Notes: generated by a model not told the origin, from the letters alone. 64,000 nt of DNA from Candidatus Sulfomarinibacteraceae bacterium (GCA_963796455.1 CAWCLO010000010.1:384001-448000); one strand, 5' to 3'. Positions 19,787 to 30,793 are shown, counted from the first letter of the stretch. Numbers and translations: made by a program.

Positions 19787-21959
19787 TCTTCGCGGCCTTC
19801 TTCGCTTCAGGAACACTGTAGAGGTCCGCATAGCGCGAGGACGCGCTCAATACCTGGGCGGTGTAGACACGGGTCACTCCAAAGGAAATGTTGAAGAGAT
19901 ACAACGCGTCGCTACACCCTGCACCACATTGTTCGAGCCAGAGCCTGGCCTGTGTTTCGCCGGCGTTATAAGCCGCGATCGCAGGTGCGCGACGGCCACC
20001 GAAGACCTCGATCAATCGCGCCAATTCGGATGCCCCGAGGGTCAAGTTGATGGGCGCCTCGAAAAGGTCTTCCGCGGTCGGTTCCGGTTCCCCGATCCTC
20101 CTGGCGACCGCAACGGCGGTCGCCGGCATGAGCTGCACCAGCCCGCGGGCACCGACCGCCGAGACCGCTCGTGCGTCCCATCGCGATTCTTCCCGCGCGA
20201 CAGCGGCCAGGAGAGGCCAGTCGACGCCTCCCTTCGAAGCAGCCAGACGAACCTGGTCAGGATTCGGAAGGGGATAGAGCGTTTTTTGAAAAGCAGTCGG
20301 GAGCGCGCTGTCCGGAACCTCGGATCCGGCCTGACGCCACGCTCCATCGGCGACCCGCGTGGATCGACCGGGATAGCCGAAATCAAAGAACTTCGAGGCG
20401 CTCCAGGCCGACTCCCGAGCATCGGCTCTCGGAAAACCCGAAGGATCCCAACGTGCGGCCTCCCGGTCCAGACCGAGTCGCCACAGATCGGCCGCCAGAC
20501 CCGGAGGAAACCGAGGATGCTGTGCTTCTTCCTCTTTGACGAATTCGTCTTCGATTCGACGCCGCAGACTTTCTCGCACCAGAGGGTCGGGCTCGAGCGC
20601 CGCCCACCTTCCGAGAGCGAGCCACAGGGAGCGGCCCGTAGCTTCCGCCACATCCTTCGTGCGGAGTCCACGCCATTGGGCAACAGCTTCGTCCGGCAGC
20701 TGGCCCATGACCTGTCGCGCCTGATCCTCCCAATAGCCCTCCATCGACCGAACGGCCCGGTCCAGCAATTGCAGCGCGACATCGACCTCACCGTCACCCG
20801 AGGCCAGACTTGCGGCAACGACCGATGCGGGCCCGGTCCAGGGTCTTCCCCGTACTTTGAGCAAGCGGCTCTGAGCGGCCGATCCGTCACCCCGCCGCAA
20901 CTCGTCGATTGCGAGCATGACCTGTCCGCGAGATTTCTTCGTTCGGGACCGCAGGCGGTTGATGCCCTGTTCAGCCAGATCCGGTTCCCCGCGCCGCAAC
21001 CGGAGGCGAGCAAGAAAGAGCCGGCGGTCATCATTGGTCTTCAACCTGAGGGCTCGGATCGCCGCTTCGACTGCGGCATCGAGATCGCCGTCAAGTTCAA
21101 ATGAACGGCCGAGGTGAACCTCAAAATCGGCTCGCCGATCAACTTGCCGAGCAAGACCGATCGCCCGTTGATACCAGGAGATGGCCTCCGCCCAGCGATC
21201 GTGCCGAAAGGCGCATCGGCCTCGAAGAAAGGCCACCTCATCTCGTGGGATCGAGCTGTGGCCCACTTCGGCAAGGCCCTCGAGGAGAGGGGCAGCACGA
21301 TCGTACATGGCGTGGCGATACCAGGTCGAAGCAATCCGCCACTCCTCGACGGCCGTCAATGGAGAAAACTCAGCCAGCCTCTCGGCCGCACGCAACGCCG
21401 TCAGATCCCTGGTCGAGGAGGCCAACAGACGTTCGAGACCGGAACGCTCGCTCTCTTGATCAGAGAGTGCCAGGGCAAGCTCGAGTCGCCGGCGAAGGCT
21501 CTTTGACAATTTCCGCGCAACGGTTTCGAGCGAAGCTCGCCCGTCTGATTGAACGCCACTTGCCAGCGCAGCAACCGCGACGTCCGTCGCCGCCTCTCGG
21601 ATCGGCCACGGCATGCCGCGTGCCATACCGGGCAGCGCCAGCGCCACCGCCCTGTCGGCTTCGTCCCCGCCCAACAACAGCGCCAGCTGGATTTCGGCCA
21701 GGATTCCAAGGTCGGTCCCGGGTTTGATGGAGTTCGTCAAAAAGAGCTTCTCCGCCTCGGAGTCCCTGAGTTCGCGGGCAGCGTGGGCCGCGATCATCGC
21801 CTCTTCGGGCGACAGCGGCAACTGGTCGCCGCGTCGGGCCGCGATCTCGAGAACCCGCTGCCAATCCCCTTCTCGAGCAAGCTCTTCGAGACCGGCCCAC
21901 GCAGGAACGACGAGGAACCCGAGCGCAACAAATGCGGAAAACCGAAGCGTTTTGAACAT
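19716..21959 (-). CDS. Soluble lytic transglycosylase (Slt-like) with TPR repeats
   Basis: Signal peptide; TPR region; AVAREES.WD.RAVS.VGARGLVQLMPATA and AAYNAG catalytic motifs. Confidence 0.85.
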   Translation of the reverse strand: MFKTLRFSAFVALGFLVVPAWAGLEELAREGDWQRVLEIAARRGDQLPLSPEEAMIAAHAARELRDSEAEKLFLTNSIKPGTDLGILAEIQLALLLGGDEADRAVALALPGMARGMPWPIREAATDVAVAALASGVQSDGRASLETVARKLSKSLRRRLELALALSDQESERSGLERLLASSTRDLTALRAAERLAEFSPLTAVEEWRIASTWYRHAMYDRAAPLLEGLAEVGHSSIPRDEVAFLRGRCAFRHDRWAEAISWYQRAIGLARQVDRRADFEVHLGRSFELDGDLDAAVEAAIRALRLKTNDDRRLFLARLRLRRGEPDLAEQGINRLRSRTKKSRGQVMLAIDELRRGDGSAAQSRLLKVRGRPWTGPASVVAASLASGDGEVDVALQLLDRAVRSMEGYWEDQARQVMGQLPDEAVAQWRGLRTKDVAEATGRSLWLALGRWAALEPDPLVRESLRRRIEDEFVKEEEAQHPRFPPGLAADLWRLGLDREAARWDPSGFPRADARESAWSASKFFDFGYPGRSTRVADGAWRQAGSEVPDSALPTAFQKTLYPLPNPDQVRLAASKGGVDWPLLAAVAREESRWDARAVSAVGARGLVQLMPATAVAVARRIGEPEPTAEDLFEAPINLTLGASELARLIEVFGGRRAPAIAAYNAGETQARLWLEQCGAGCSDALYLFNISFGVTRVYTAQVLSASSRYADLYSVPEAKKAAKINIRSEEPPAEPLRVRATTRSPR

Positions 21960-22084
21960 CTTCTCTTGCAACACCAAACTGTCCGAATGTCATCCAATGA
22001 AACCGCTAAGAGGAAACGAAGCATCGGCGTTCCCTCCGGGTACTCTCTCTATTGATAGTAGTATTCTCCACGGAGGCTTGCTTC

Positions 22085-23275
22085 ATGACAGGGACGATCG
22101 ACCCGGCCGCCGACACCAGGAACACGCGTCTGTGGCGGCGCAGTCGCCTCTTCGGTCTCGCGGCCGTGGCCGTGCCGGCCTTGGTTTTCATCATCGTCAT
22201 CACGGAAGGCTACGACGGCCGTCCGTACCTGCGCGGGGATTCCCAGTACTACTACTACGCGGCGCTCTCGCTCTCGCAAGACCTCGATCTCGATCTTTCG
22301 AACCAACTCCCTCTGCCGCTGGAACGCCACAATCTGGATGTCTCTCTCGACCAAGGGGGCCGCCTGGTCCCCAAACACCCGATCTGGATGGCCGTCGCGG
22401 CCCTGCCCCTGATTCTCCTGATGGGAGCACCCGGTGCCTTGCTGTTCAATCTGATACAGCTCCTGCTGTTGCTCCTTCTCAGCTATATATTTGTCCACCG
22501 ATACGCCTCCGCCGAGGCCTCGTCCCTGGCCGTCGCGCTCACCGGCACGGCGTCGTTTTTGCCCCATTACGTCTGGGGTTTTTCGGCGGATGTCTTTGTG
22601 ACGACGTGTCTCATGGCGGGGCTCGTGGCCTTACCCTCGGGAAGGTCTGAAAAACTCGGGCGTCATTTCGCGGCCGGGCTCTTTTTGGGTCTGGCTGTGA
22701 TCTCGAAGTACTCCTTCATTCTCGCCGTTCCCGGCATCATCCTTTTGTGCGGTCGACCGGTTCGCAAGACCGTTCCCGTCTTTGCATCCGGCTTCGCCGT
22801 CCCGGTTCTGATGTGGGCGCTATTGAACGCCCACCTCTTCGGGTCGCCGCTGGTGACACCATATGACCGCATGACAACCATCGACCACGAGCGCCGGGAG
22901 ATTCAGACCCAACGATCGGATTTCGACTTTCCGCTCGTCAAAGGGATGAGCAAACAGCTGACCGATGGCAAACGCGGACTGATACCCACGACACCGATCA
23001 CGATTTTTTCTCTCTTCGGTCTCTATGCACTCGCCCGCCGTGATCGTTTGACCGCCCTCTACATCGGTTCCACATCGATCGCATTCTTCCTCTTTTTCTC
23101 CAAATACAAATGGTGGAGCGCCTCACACCATGGCAACCGCTTTCTGATCCCTGTCGTGATTCTCAGCGCGGTTCCGCTGGCGGCGCTGATGGATCAGATC
23201 GCCATCTGGTTCAGAAAACGACGAGACCGCGCTCGAAAAGCAGCCTCAGCCGACCCACCACCAATTGGCGAATAA
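22085..23275 (+). CDS. GT-C fold glycosyltransferase-like membrane protein (GT39/PMT-like)
   Basis: GDSQYYY...SL.QD.DLD, KHPI, G..LGLA...KY, N..LFGSPL and G.RFL.P motifs; multiple TM helices. Confidence 0.6.
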   Translation: MTGTIDPAADTRNTRLWRRSRLFGLAAVAVPALVFIIVITEGYDGRPYLRGDSQYYYYAALSLSQDLDLDLSNQLPLPLERHNLDVSLDQGGRLVPKHPIWMAVAALPLILLMGAPGALLFNLIQLLLLLLLSYIFVHRYASAEASSLAVALTGTASFLPHYVWGFSADVFVTTCLMAGLVALPSGRSEKLGRHFAAGLFLGLAVISKYSFILAVPGIILLCGRPVRKTVPVFASGFAVPVLMWALLNAHLFGSPLVTPYDRMTTIDHERREIQTQRSDFDFPLVKGMSKQLTDGKRGLIPTTPITIFSLFGLYALARRDRLTALYIGSTSIAFFLFFSKYKWWSASHHGNRFLIPVVILSAVPLAALMDQIAIWFRKRRDRARKAASADPPPIGE

Positions 23276-24436
23276 GGCCATGAAGAAACCGGCGGCTGTC
23301 GCACCGACAAGACCGTAGACGGTGGGCAAACACCGCCGCCCTTCAGCCCAGGCCATGCCGATCAACATGAAAAACGGAAAGAGTGTCAACGCGAGACGCG
23401 AGAAGGACCACAGTGACGATCCCAAAGCCAGGGTCATGCCGGCAGCCGTGTAGAGGGTGTAAGAAGGTCGGAGTCTTCGGGCCATGAAAAAGAGCATGAC
23501 CAGACACATCACGGCAACAATCAACTCGACGGTGGATCCATGCGCTCCGTGCGCAGTTGGGCCCGTTTCCCACCATCTGACAAAAGCCCGCCAAGGACCG
23601 GAGAGCCCACCCCGCCAACGCTCCTGACGTCGGAATATCGCCAACGGATCGCCGAAAACACGACCGCAGTACAACAGATAGGCACCGAGTGCAGCCGGAA
23701 TCAGCCCCACCGGGGCGATATCCCAGATGGAGGGACGCCTGCTGCCGACCGCCGCAGGCCCCTGTCGCCAGCGGCTCCACCACTCCCACACAAAGGGAAT
23801 CACCAGGAGTATCCCAAAGGGGCGGGTCAGGGCGGCGAGTCCGCCAATAACTCCCGCCGCTGCAAACCGACCATCTCGAAGAGCCGAGAAAACGGCGAGT
23901 GACAGGAGCAGAAAGAGCGACTCCGAGTACACGGCCGAGAGAAAAAGACTGGTGGGAAAGACCAACAGGGCCGCGCACGCAGCGGTGCCCGCAGATTCTC
24001 CTCGCTCACCGCCCACTTCGAGGCGGACCAACCGCTCGAGCAACAACAAACTGAGCAATAGGCAGACATTCGAGATCAATACCCCGGCGGCCACCGGACC
24101 GACGACAGCTCCGATGGCGCGAATCAGCATCGGATAGAGGGGAAGAAACCCGGCAGCCGCGCTCGGCTCGTAGGCCACCCCGAGCCCGGTGATCCGATCG
24201 GCGACGTCGTAACCCTCCGCGGCAATCAGCAAAAACCACTCGGAGTCCCACCGCGCCCACATCTCGAGCGCGCGCGGAGCCGGTTGGTGGGCAACAAGGT
24301 TTCCACCCTGATATGCGAGCCCCGATGGCAGGAGAAAGGTCGACAGAAAACCAACGCAAAATAGTGCAAGTCGGCTCGCGAGGAACAGGCAGGCGACCCG
24401 CGCCCACGGCGAACGGAAAGAAGAAGAGAGATCCAC
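23246..24436 (-). CDS. Mannosyltransferase-family (PIG-V/GT76-like) membrane protein
   Basis: WARWDSEWF..IA..GY, FLPLYP, FP.S.FLSAVYSESLF, LTRP.G and GDPL motifs. Confidence 0.8.
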   Translation of the reverse strand: MDLSSSFRSPWARVACLFLASRLALFCVGFLSTFLLPSGLAYQGGNLVAHQPAPRALEMWARWDSEWFLLIAAEGYDVADRITGLGVAYEPSAAAGFLPLYPMLIRAIGAVVGPVAAGVLISNVCLLLSLLLLERLVRLEVGGERGESAGTAACAALLVFPTSLFLSAVYSESLFLLLSLAVFSALRDGRFAAAGVIGGLAALTRPFGILLVIPFVWEWWSRWRQGPAAVGSRRPSIWDIAPVGLIPAALGAYLLYCGRVFGDPLAIFRRQERWRGGLSGPWRAFVRWWETGPTAHGAHGSTVELIVAVMCLVMLFFMARRLRPSYTLYTAAGMTLALGSSLWSFSRLALTLFPFFMLIGMAWAEGRRCLPTVYGLVGATAAGFFMALFANWWWVG

Positions 24437-24581
24437 GACAGAACCAGTATAATGACCGACCGCGCCAATGCCTGCATGGGCGGCGGATCACGACTGTTTT
24501 GCCGGATCGACCAGGCCCGCCACGAAAAACATGCGGCCGATCGATCGGCTTGAAACGAAGACGCGTTGACAGGAGACATTC

Positions 24582-25526
24582 ATGAGCGAAGAACACACAC
24601 CCATCCTCATCATCGGTTCCGGTCCCGCGGGCTTGACCGCAGCGATCTATGCCGCCCGTGCCGAGCTCAAACCATTGGTCATCGAAGGGATGCAGCCGGG
24701 CGGTCAGCTCACCATCACCACCGAGGTCGAGAACTATCCGGGATTTCCCGACGGAATCATGGGGCCGGATCTCATGCAGGTCACAAAGGCGCAGGCGGAA
24801 CGATTCGGAACCCGCTTTATTTTCGATCAGGTCAACAAGGTCGAACTCGACGCGAAACCCATCAGGGCTCACACCGACAGCCACGGCACAATTACCTGCG
24901 ATGCTCTGGTGATTGCCAGCGGAGCCTCGGCGAAGCTGCTCGGCATCCCCTCGGAAACAGAGCTCATGGGTCACGGGGTCTCGGCCTGCGCCACCTGTGA
25001 CGGCTTTTTCTTCCGTGACAAGGAATTGGTCATTGTCGGGGGCGGTGACACCGCCATGGAAGAGGCCATCTTTTTGACCAAATTCGCGACCAAGGTCACC
25101 GTGGCACATCGCCGCGACGAACTTCGAGCCTCCAAGATCATGCAGCAACGAGCCTTCGACAACCCGAAAATCCACTTTGCGTGGAACTCGGTGGTCACCG
25201 AGGTTCTGGGTTCCGTCGATGGCGGTGTGACAGGCGTTCTCCTCGAAGACACCCAGACCGGCGAAGTCAAAGAGTTTGCGACCGACGGAGTGTTCATCGC
25301 CATCGGTCATCAACCGAACACGGCCATTTTCACGGGTCAACTCGACATGGACGATGTCGGCTACATCCAAACGGTGCCCGGCACGACCCGGACATCGGTT
25401 GCAGGCGTGTGGGCCTGTGGTGACGCCCAGGATTCGGTCTATCGCCAGGCGGTCACCGCTGCTGGAACCGGGTGCATGGCGGCGATCGAGGCCGAGCGCT
25501 GGCTCGCCGAACAAGAAATTGACTGA
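24582..25526 (+). CDS. trxB: Thioredoxin-disulfide reductase
   Basis: GSGPAG, VENYPGF, CATC active site, GGGD.A.EEA and YRQAVTAAG motifs. Confidence 0.96.
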   Translation: MSEEHTPILIIGSGPAGLTAAIYAARAELKPLVIEGMQPGGQLTITTEVENYPGFPDGIMGPDLMQVTKAQAERFGTRFIFDQVNKVELDAKPIRAHTDSHGTITCDALVIASGASAKLLGIPSETELMGHGVSACATCDGFFFRDKELVIVGGGDTAMEEAIFLTKFATKVTVAHRRDELRASKIMQQRAFDNPKIHFAWNSVVTEVLGSVDGGVTGVLLEDTQTGEVKEFATDGVFIAIGHQPNTAIFTGQLDMDDVGYIQTVPGTTRTSVAGVWACGDAQDSVYRQAVTAAGTGCMAAIEAERWLAEQEID

Positions 25527-25601
25527 TTTCGGAATCGAAAAACACCCAGTAGAGGTTATGATGCTTGGCCGCGGTACGACCGCGGAAAACAGGGAGGCAC
25601 A

Positions 25602-25937
25602 ATGATCTCATTTTCAGAACGAGCCGTGGCAAAAGTCAGCGAGTTTGCAGCCCAGATGCCGGAGGCCGAGGGCAAGGAACTGCGCATCTTCATCCAGGGT
25701 GTCGGCTGTTCCGGTTTTTCTTATGGCTTCACATTTGATGAAAAGCGGGACGGGGACACTGTGGTCGAGGATGGCGACCTGAAGGTGCTCGTCGATCCCA
25801 ATTCGGCACCGCACCTCACGGGTTCGACGGTTGATTTTGTCGACGACGCCCGCGGATCCGGATTTACAGTCGAGAATCCCAACTCGCCCGAGCCCTCAAG
25901 CGACTGTTCGAGCGGTGGTTGCTCCGGTTGTGGCTGA
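25602..25937 (+). CDS. HesB/IscA/ErpA Fe-S cluster assembly protein
   Basis: LRIFIQGVGCSGFSYG, G.TVDF, GF..ENPN and a Cys-rich tail. Confidence 0.88.
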   Translation: MISFSERAVAKVSEFAAQMPEAEGKELRIFIQGVGCSGFSYGFTFDEKRDGDTVVEDGDLKVLVDPNSAPHLTGSTVDFVDDARGSGFTVENPNSPEPSSDCSSGGCSGCG

Positions 25938-25941
25938 GGCG

Positions 25942-26493
25942 ATGACCGAAGAGGCGCAACTTCTCGAGGTGGTTCGCCTCGGACACCCCGTTCTGCGCCA
26001 GATTGCGGAACCGGTGCCCGAGGAGTGGTTCTCCAGCGGACGGCTGGTGGATTTCGGACGAGACCTCGTGCGCACGATGATCGAGGAGCACGGGGTGGGC
26101 CTTGCCGCACCCCAGGTCGCAGAGGGGCTGCGTCTTTTCTCCTATTGGGTGCCCGCCACCGATGAGGAAGAAGAGATTTCGCCAACGATCATCGCAAACC
26201 CCGAGATCCGGCCGGTGGGTGAAGACCTTGAAGAAGGATGGGAAGGCTGCCTCTCGATCCCCGAGCTCCGGGGCCTCGTGCCACGTTTTCGCCGCATCAA
26301 GCTCAAAGGCCGTGCGCTCGACGGCGAGTGGGTTTCGCTCACCGCTGATGGTTTTCATGCCCGGGTCATCCAGCACGAGTACGACCATCTCGACGGCGTC
26401 GTCTTTCTTGACCGGATGACCGATACCCGGTCCCTGGCCTATGAATCCGAGTGGGAGCGCTTCACCCTCGACGATCCGCCCGAAGACGACTGA
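25942..26493 (+). CDS. def: Peptide deformylase
   Basis: GVGLAAPQV, EGCLS and HEYDH motifs. Confidence 0.96.
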   Translation: MTEEAQLLEVVRLGHPVLRQIAEPVPEEWFSSGRLVDFGRDLVRTMIEEHGVGLAAPQVAEGLRLFSYWVPATDEEEEISPTIIANPEIRPVGEDLEEGWEGCLSIPELRGLVPRFRRIKLKGRALDGEWVSLTADGFHARVIQHEYDHLDGVVFLDRMTDTRSLAYESEWERFTLDDPPEDD

Positions 26494-26540
26494 CCCGGTT
26501 CGAGATACAAACTCAAGCACTTCGAACACCAGGTCCGACT

Positions 26541-28262
26541 ATGATCCTAAGGAGGAGGCGGGCCACCTTGACGATCACGAAGGACAAAAGGTCTCGAATT
26601 CCCTGGTCGATGGTATTGATCGCCATCGTCGCCGGCGCGCTCATCGGGACTTTCCAGATCGCCAACACATCGGTCGGCTGGCACCAGGCAAGTGGCCGCT
26701 GGGTGATAACAAACGGCACGGTCCCACGACACGACCCCTTCTCCTTCACATCCAACGACGCGGAGTGGGTAGACCACGAATGGCTCTTCCAGACCGGCGT
26801 GGCCGTCATCGCCGACCTCGGCGGCGCCAGGGCCCTCAGCCTCGCGCGGTCTCTCGCCGTCGCAGCACTTACCGTCCTCCTTCTCGTTTTCGGAATTCGT
26901 AGCGGGCTGTCGCCACCGATGGCACTTCTGCTTGCGGTGGCCTGCGTCGCGGGCTCCAGACCGCGCTTTTTTCTCAGACCGGAACTGGTGACCCTGCTGG
27001 TGGTTCCTTTGGCGGTCTGGATCTTTCAACACCGAGACAACTACATTTCGAAACTGTGGCTGGGCCTCCTGGCTGGCCTCATGGTTCTCGGCGCGAACGC
27101 CCATGGAGGGGCCCTGGTCGTGCCAATCCTCCTGACCGGAATCCTGGTCGCCGAGATGGGTGAAATGACGATCCTGGGTCATTTCAGCCCGCAAGCGGTG
27201 AAGAGTGGAATTCTCGGCATCGTGACGGCAACCGGCGCACTTCTGGTCAACCCCTATGGGTGGCGGCTCTTTGTCGTGCCCTTTCGGTTGACCGAACTGG
27301 TTGATCAACCACATATTCCAAACCCGGAGTGGATCCCCCCGACCGTTCAGAGTACCCCGGCGCTCTTTGTCGTCATCGTCGCCGCCACGCTGATTCTCGG
27401 GTTTCATGAACGACGTGCCTGCCGCTGGAGTCTGTTCATCATGGCGGTCGGGTTGGCCATGCGCCACATAAGGAACATGGGCCTTTTTTATGTGCTGCTC
27501 CCACTGGCGGTCGCACCCTCGCTGGCGAGATGGCGATTTTTTGCCGTCGAATCCGAGGCCTCGACCTTCAGGCGCGGGGGCCGCGCCCTCGCAGCACTGG
27601 CGGCCCTGGTCCTGGCGGCGTCAGTCGCGGCCTCTTCGTGGCCCGTATTCGGCCTGGGTTATGCCGCCGGCTACTATCCTTCGAAGGCCTGTGATTTCCT
27701 GGATGCGGAGAATCTGCCACACGACCAGCTCTACAACGACGTCCGTTTCGGTGGATATCTGATCAACCGCTACGGCCCCGACCGGGGCGTCTTTCAAGAC
27801 GACCGGAACGAGATCCACGATGCTCTGTTGCGTGATATCTGGGAGATTTTTGGCCGGTCGGATGTCGCCTCCTGGTCGGCCCTCCTCGAGCACCACGGAG
27901 CGGATACGGCCCTGGTCAAATACCACCCCGCGATCATGGTCACCACACCCGATGGCAAAGCTCTCGGAGAACGCGGATTTTCGGCACTTTGGTTTCCCTC
28001 GACCGAGTGGGCCCTGGTTTATTGGGACGACATCGCCATGGTTTTTGTACGACGGGCGACCGCCAGTAAAGATCTTCTTGCGGCCCACGAATACCCGGTC
28101 ATCCGTCCCGATGATCTGGAATACCTGCTCCAGCGGATCGGACCGGATCCCGAATTGAAGGCGCGGGTTGCGCTCGAGGTCGAACGAGCTTTGAATGAGA
28201 ACCCGGGCAACGGTCTCGCTCGCAGGCTCGCGCGGAGCATCTCTCGGATTACTGATCCCTGA
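26541..28262 (+). CDS. Polytopic membrane protein, GT-C-like (unassigned family)
   Basis: WH...GRW.......P..DPFSFT....W.DHEWL, RPE, NAHG, NPYG and GGYLI...VF.D.R motifs. Confidence 0.6.
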   Translation: MILRRRRATLTITKDKRSRIPWSMVLIAIVAGALIGTFQIANTSVGWHQASGRWVITNGTVPRHDPFSFTSNDAEWVDHEWLFQTGVAVIADLGGARALSLARSLAVAALTVLLLVFGIRSGLSPPMALLLAVACVAGSRPRFFLRPELVTLLVVPLAVWIFQHRDNYISKLWLGLLAGLMVLGANAHGGALVVPILLTGILVAEMGEMTILGHFSPQAVKSGILGIVTATGALLVNPYGWRLFVVPFRLTELVDQPHIPNPEWIPPTVQSTPALFVVIVAATLILGFHERRACRWSLFIMAVGLAMRHIRNMGLFYVLLPLAVAPSLARWRFFAVESEASTFRRGGRALAALAALVLAASVAASSWPVFGLGYAAGYYPSKACDFLDAENLPHDQLYNDVRFGGYLINRYGPDRGVFQDDRNEIHDALLRDIWEIFGRSDVASWSALLEHHGADTALVKYHPAIMVTTPDGKALGERGFSALWFPSTEWALVYWDDIAMVFVRRATASKDLLAAHEYPVIRPDDLEYLLQRIGPDPELKARVALEVERALNENPGNGLARRLARSISRITDP

Positions 28263-29109
28263 TGACTTTGTATGAGACCAATTGGCAGCTTTCCGGATCG
28301 ATGCCATAGGCATTCTGCGAAAAATCGAGCGGAACCTGCTGGATCAATCCGGCTCGGATGAGACCTCCCCAGCCATCGCTGCAGGAACCGTTGCGCGAGA
28401 CCAAGGTGTCGATCAAGGGCTGAATCTGCTGTCGGTCCCGGGTGAGGACCGCATCATAGAGCTTGCTCAGACACATCCTGCGATCATAGTCGTCCTCCGC
28501 CTCCACGGCGGCGGCGCGCCAATATTCGATCGAATCCTCGACCGACCACTTTCTTTCCTTATCGCGCCAGACACCGACCATTCTCTTGATCCGCCCGGGG
28601 GCGTCCGCGATCCGGGCGGCCATCTCGGCATATTCCAGGGCCGCCTCTCGATCGCGATAGCGCATGTACATGTCCCACGCGGCGAACTCGGCAAGCTCCC
28701 AGCTCTCTGGAATATTCGTAAGGCCCTTGTCAAGGAGGTTCTGGGCCGTCCGTTGGAGTCGGCCTTGATCACCGCCGGTCTGCATGCCCATGATCAGTGC
28801 ACCGATCCGATAGGCGTCGAAATATTTGGGGTCGAGGTCCGTGATGAGGTTGAAGATGGTCTCCAAATGCAGGAATCTCTCGTGCGGCTGGAAGTACGAG
28901 TAGTACTGGATCGACCAGAGATAGAGAAGATCGGCCGCAAGTCCGGGATTCCCGAGACTCATGATCTTCAGTGCTTCATGTGACGGAAGATAGAGCAGTT
29001 CGCGGCCGAGGGGATCTGTTCGTTCGATTGCACCCAGACGCAGTTCAGCCACGACGGCAATGCTGAGCAAAACGGCGACGACTGCGAGGCTCGCGATTGT
29101 CTTTTTCAC
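28249..29109 (-). CDS. Membrane-anchored TPR-like protein (PilG/XapA-like)
   Basis: N-terminal TM helix; ADLLYL.SIQYY and ITDLDP.Y.DAY motifs; translationally coupled to the ABC permease. Confidence 0.55.
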   Translation of the reverse strand: MKKTIASLAVVAVLLSIAVVAELRLGAIERTDPLGRELLYLPSHEALKIMSLGNPGLAADLLYLWSIQYYSYFQPHERFLHLETIFNLITDLDPKYFDAYRIGALIMGMQTGGDQGRLQRTAQNLLDKGLTNIPESWELAEFAAWDMYMRYRDREAALEYAEMAARIADAPGRIKRMVGVWRDKERKWSVEDSIEYWRAAAVEAEDDYDRRMCLSKLYDAVLTRDRQQIQPLIDTLVSRNGSCSDGWGGLIRAGLIQQVPLDFSQNAYGIDPESCQLVSYKVIRDQ

Positions 29110-29873
29110 TTCAGGTCCTTGGAGCTGAAACGAAGATTTGCAAGAAAGAGAACCACGGCCACGAATGCGAAGGCATAGATGAAGGCCCAGCCCACCGCGA
29201 CATTGGAGATCGGCAACCCGTGCACCACCTCGGTCCTGAAATTGAAGCGCTCGAGATTGGGGACCAGATAATAAACGATGGCAATCAGTGCCTGGGCCAT
29301 TTTACCCGGCAGCTGCCGGGTGAGCATCCACAGATCCGCGGACATATGACCGACCACAAAAACGCCGAGGGTCATCAGTGAACCGAGGATCGGCCGTGTC
29401 AGAACAGCAAAGAAGGTGGCAAAGGCTGCGAGCACCAACATCTCGAGCATGGTCATACAGGCTGCGAAAACCAGCATCAGATCAAACTCTTTGGTGTAGA
29501 TCAACACCGTGGTCAGCAGCACGGTTGTAAGGAACAGGAGATTCGCACAAACGATGGCCACCAGACCGAAGTACTTACCAAGGACGAACTGCCACCTCGA
29601 AACGGGCTTGGAGAGAATGTTGAACACAGTGCGGCTGTCGACCTCGCGGCTGATCAACAACATACTCATCATCACGGCGATCAACATCGAGAAAAACTGC
29701 ATGGCCGCGAGTCCGATGTCCTTGACGATCTTCGCTTCGTCGCCAACCGTCAGCATTCCGAAAATTTTGGTGCTGACCATCATCACTACAGCAAAACCGA
29801 CAAAGAGATAAAGAATGCGATCACGGATCGCTTCACGGAAGGTATTGATTGCGATGGCACGGATCGCTCTCAT
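29106..29873 (-). CDS. ABC-2 type permease (PilI-like)
   Basis: AIAINTFREAIRDRILY and RE...RTV..ILSKPVSR..F.LGKY motifs. Confidence 0.85.
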   Translation of the reverse strand: MRAIRAIAINTFREAIRDRILYLFVGFAVVMMVSTKIFGMLTVGDEAKIVKDIGLAAMQFFSMLIAVMMSMLLISREVDSRTVFNILSKPVSRWQFVLGKYFGLVAIVCANLLFLTTVLLTTVLIYTKEFDLMLVFAACMTMLEMLVLAAFATFFAVLTRPILGSLMTLGVFVVGHMSADLWMLTRQLPGKMAQALIAIVYYLVPNLERFNFRTEVVHGLPISNVAVGWAFIYAFAFVAVVLFLANLRFSSKDLK

Positions 29874-30793
29874 GAGCCTGCTCCTTCGTAGAGACTCATC
29901 AGGATGTCCTCGAGGGTCGCACCCACCGGATTGAGACTGACGATCCGTCCACCCCGATCAGCAAGCTCTCCGATCAAACGATCACGGTTGTCGGAACTCA
30001 CCCGAACCCAGGCCTCGCCGCTGCCCTGGTGATGCCCGAGCAGAGGCGTTGTCAATTCCTCGGGGCTGGCACCGGTAAATGTCGCTTCGTATCGTTCCGC
30101 CTCCCGCGCCACCAATTCTCTCACCGGCCCGACCCTGGCAACCTGTCCGTCCACCACGATAGCCACCCGGTCGCACAAGGCTTCCACATCCGGGATGATG
30201 TGGGAGGAGAAGAACACGGTGACCCCGGCGGAGGCCTGCGCGAGGATGATGTCGCGGACATCACGCCGACCGACCGGATCGAGGCCGCTCATCGGCTCAT
30301 CGAGGATCAACAACTCCGGTTCGCCGAGCAGGGCCTGTGCGAGATTGATCCGCTGCAACATCCCTTTGGAATAACCACCCATCGTTCGATCGCCCCGGCT
30401 CTCCATTCCCACCTCTTTGAGAACCCGGGTTATCCGTTGTTCCGTAACCTTCCGGTCGAGCCCGATCAATTCGCCGCAGAATCTGAGGAACTCGCGCCCG
30501 GACAGGTGGCGGTAGACATAGGGGCTTTCGGTCATGAAACCGAGCCTCTGTTTTGCTTCAAATGAGGTATGAGGGAGGCCGCAGACCGTAATGCTTCCGG
30601 AATCGAGATAAATCAGATCGGTTATTGCCTTGATCGTGGTCGTCTTTCCTGCACCGTTTGGACCCAGGAACCCAAAGATCTCGCCCCGTTCGACCGTCAG
30701 GCTGAGACCCTTCAGAACCTCCACATCGGCCTCGAACAGACCTGGATGGAACGTCTTTCGCAGATCCTCGACGATTAATTGTGTGTCACCCAT
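29870..30793 (-). CDS. ABC transporter ATPase (PilH-like)
   Basis: GFLGPNGAGKTT, YSKGMLQR, LDEPMSGLDP.GR and FSSH motifs. Confidence 0.9.
   Translation of the reverse strand: MGDTQLIVEDLRKTFHPGLFEADVEVLKGLSLTVERGEIFGFLGPNGAGKTTTIKAITDLIYLDSGSITVCGLPHTSFEAKQRLGFMTESPYVYRHLSGREFLRFCGELIGLDRKVTEQRITRVLKEVGMESRGDRTMGGYSKGMLQRINLAQALLGEPELLILDEPMSGLDPVGRRDVRDIILAQASAGVTVFFSSHIIPDVEALCDRVAIVVDGQVARVGPVRELVAREAERYEATFTGASPEELTTPLLGHHQGSGEAWVRVSSDNRDRLIGELADRGGRIVSLNPVGATLEDILMSLYEGAGS

Noticed and set aside
24006..25514. Long antisense ORFs (e.g. 502 aa opposite trxB, 503 aa opposite hisS, 436 aa opposite thrS, 467 aa opposite slt)
   Set aside because: Shadow ORFs expected from high-GC codon bias; no recognisable motifs
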